Source: an uncultured Acidobacteriota bacterium
Lineage (GTDB): Bacteria; Acidobacteriota; JAQAZP01
Direction of reading: 5' to 3'
Assembly (NCBI GenBank): GCA_963836075.1
Contig: CAWIIB010000001.1
Location: 2,233,833-2,297,832, forward strand
DNA: 64,000 bases
Position numbers and translations under genes: made by a program
The notes under the pieces: model-generated
Told to the model about the DNA's origin: nothing
The model's database searches: none
What the model saw: the letters and a program-made list of their open reading frames with translations, nothing else
Part shown: piece after piece, positions 63,928-64,000 of the stretch
Position numbering within the stretch: position 1 is the first letter of the stretch
Layout of the letters: each line of letters starts with the position of its first letter

Positions 63928-64000
63928 ATTCAACATGAGATGACAACAGACGCTTCATTATGTGGGGTTGCTGTGAGCTGTTATGTACGCCAAAGCCACC

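Overview
GC-rich bacterial DNA (1 to ~59.1 kb), then an abrupt switch to AT-richer mobile DNA (~59.1-64 kb). Many single-base frameshifts, densest at 46.5-56.1 kb, look like long-read assembly errors. Main result: six otherwise unrelated or paralogous secreted proteins (BNR-type, beta-propeller, PQQ/GSDH-type dehydrogenase, an orphan remnant, two DUF2341/glycosidase-like paralogues) end in the same ~120-aa Cys-bracketed domain (CxPxxGTvPF...WRaGyTN...EDvTpaPyNqPPypPaGDT...C...AP-stop). I cannot assign it to a named family; it is a candidate lineage-specific export or surface-anchoring signal. Other highlights: (i) a ~10 kb accessory region bracketed by two copies of higBA plus the 3' end of an FAD amino-acid oxidase gene, with two more allelic fragments of that gene end inside; (ii) a NuoE-NuoF fusion, a NuoG-N/MvhD-like Fe-S protein and a sarcosine/proline-dehydrogenase-like pair in one operon; (iii) a GGQ-less aeRF1-like gene divergent from nhaR; (iv) a head-to-head junction of truncated nifS and a truncated DDE transposase; (v) a tRNA 3'-end att site followed by an island with a STAS/HATPase, DUF4325-like and macrodomain trio. 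Ordinary genes include PPi-type Pfk, nadA, an ECF sigma/anti-sigma pair, FHA-GAF-PP2C, two Ser/Thr kinases and a diguanylate cyclase. All family calls come from motif recognition by eye; no database searches were run.
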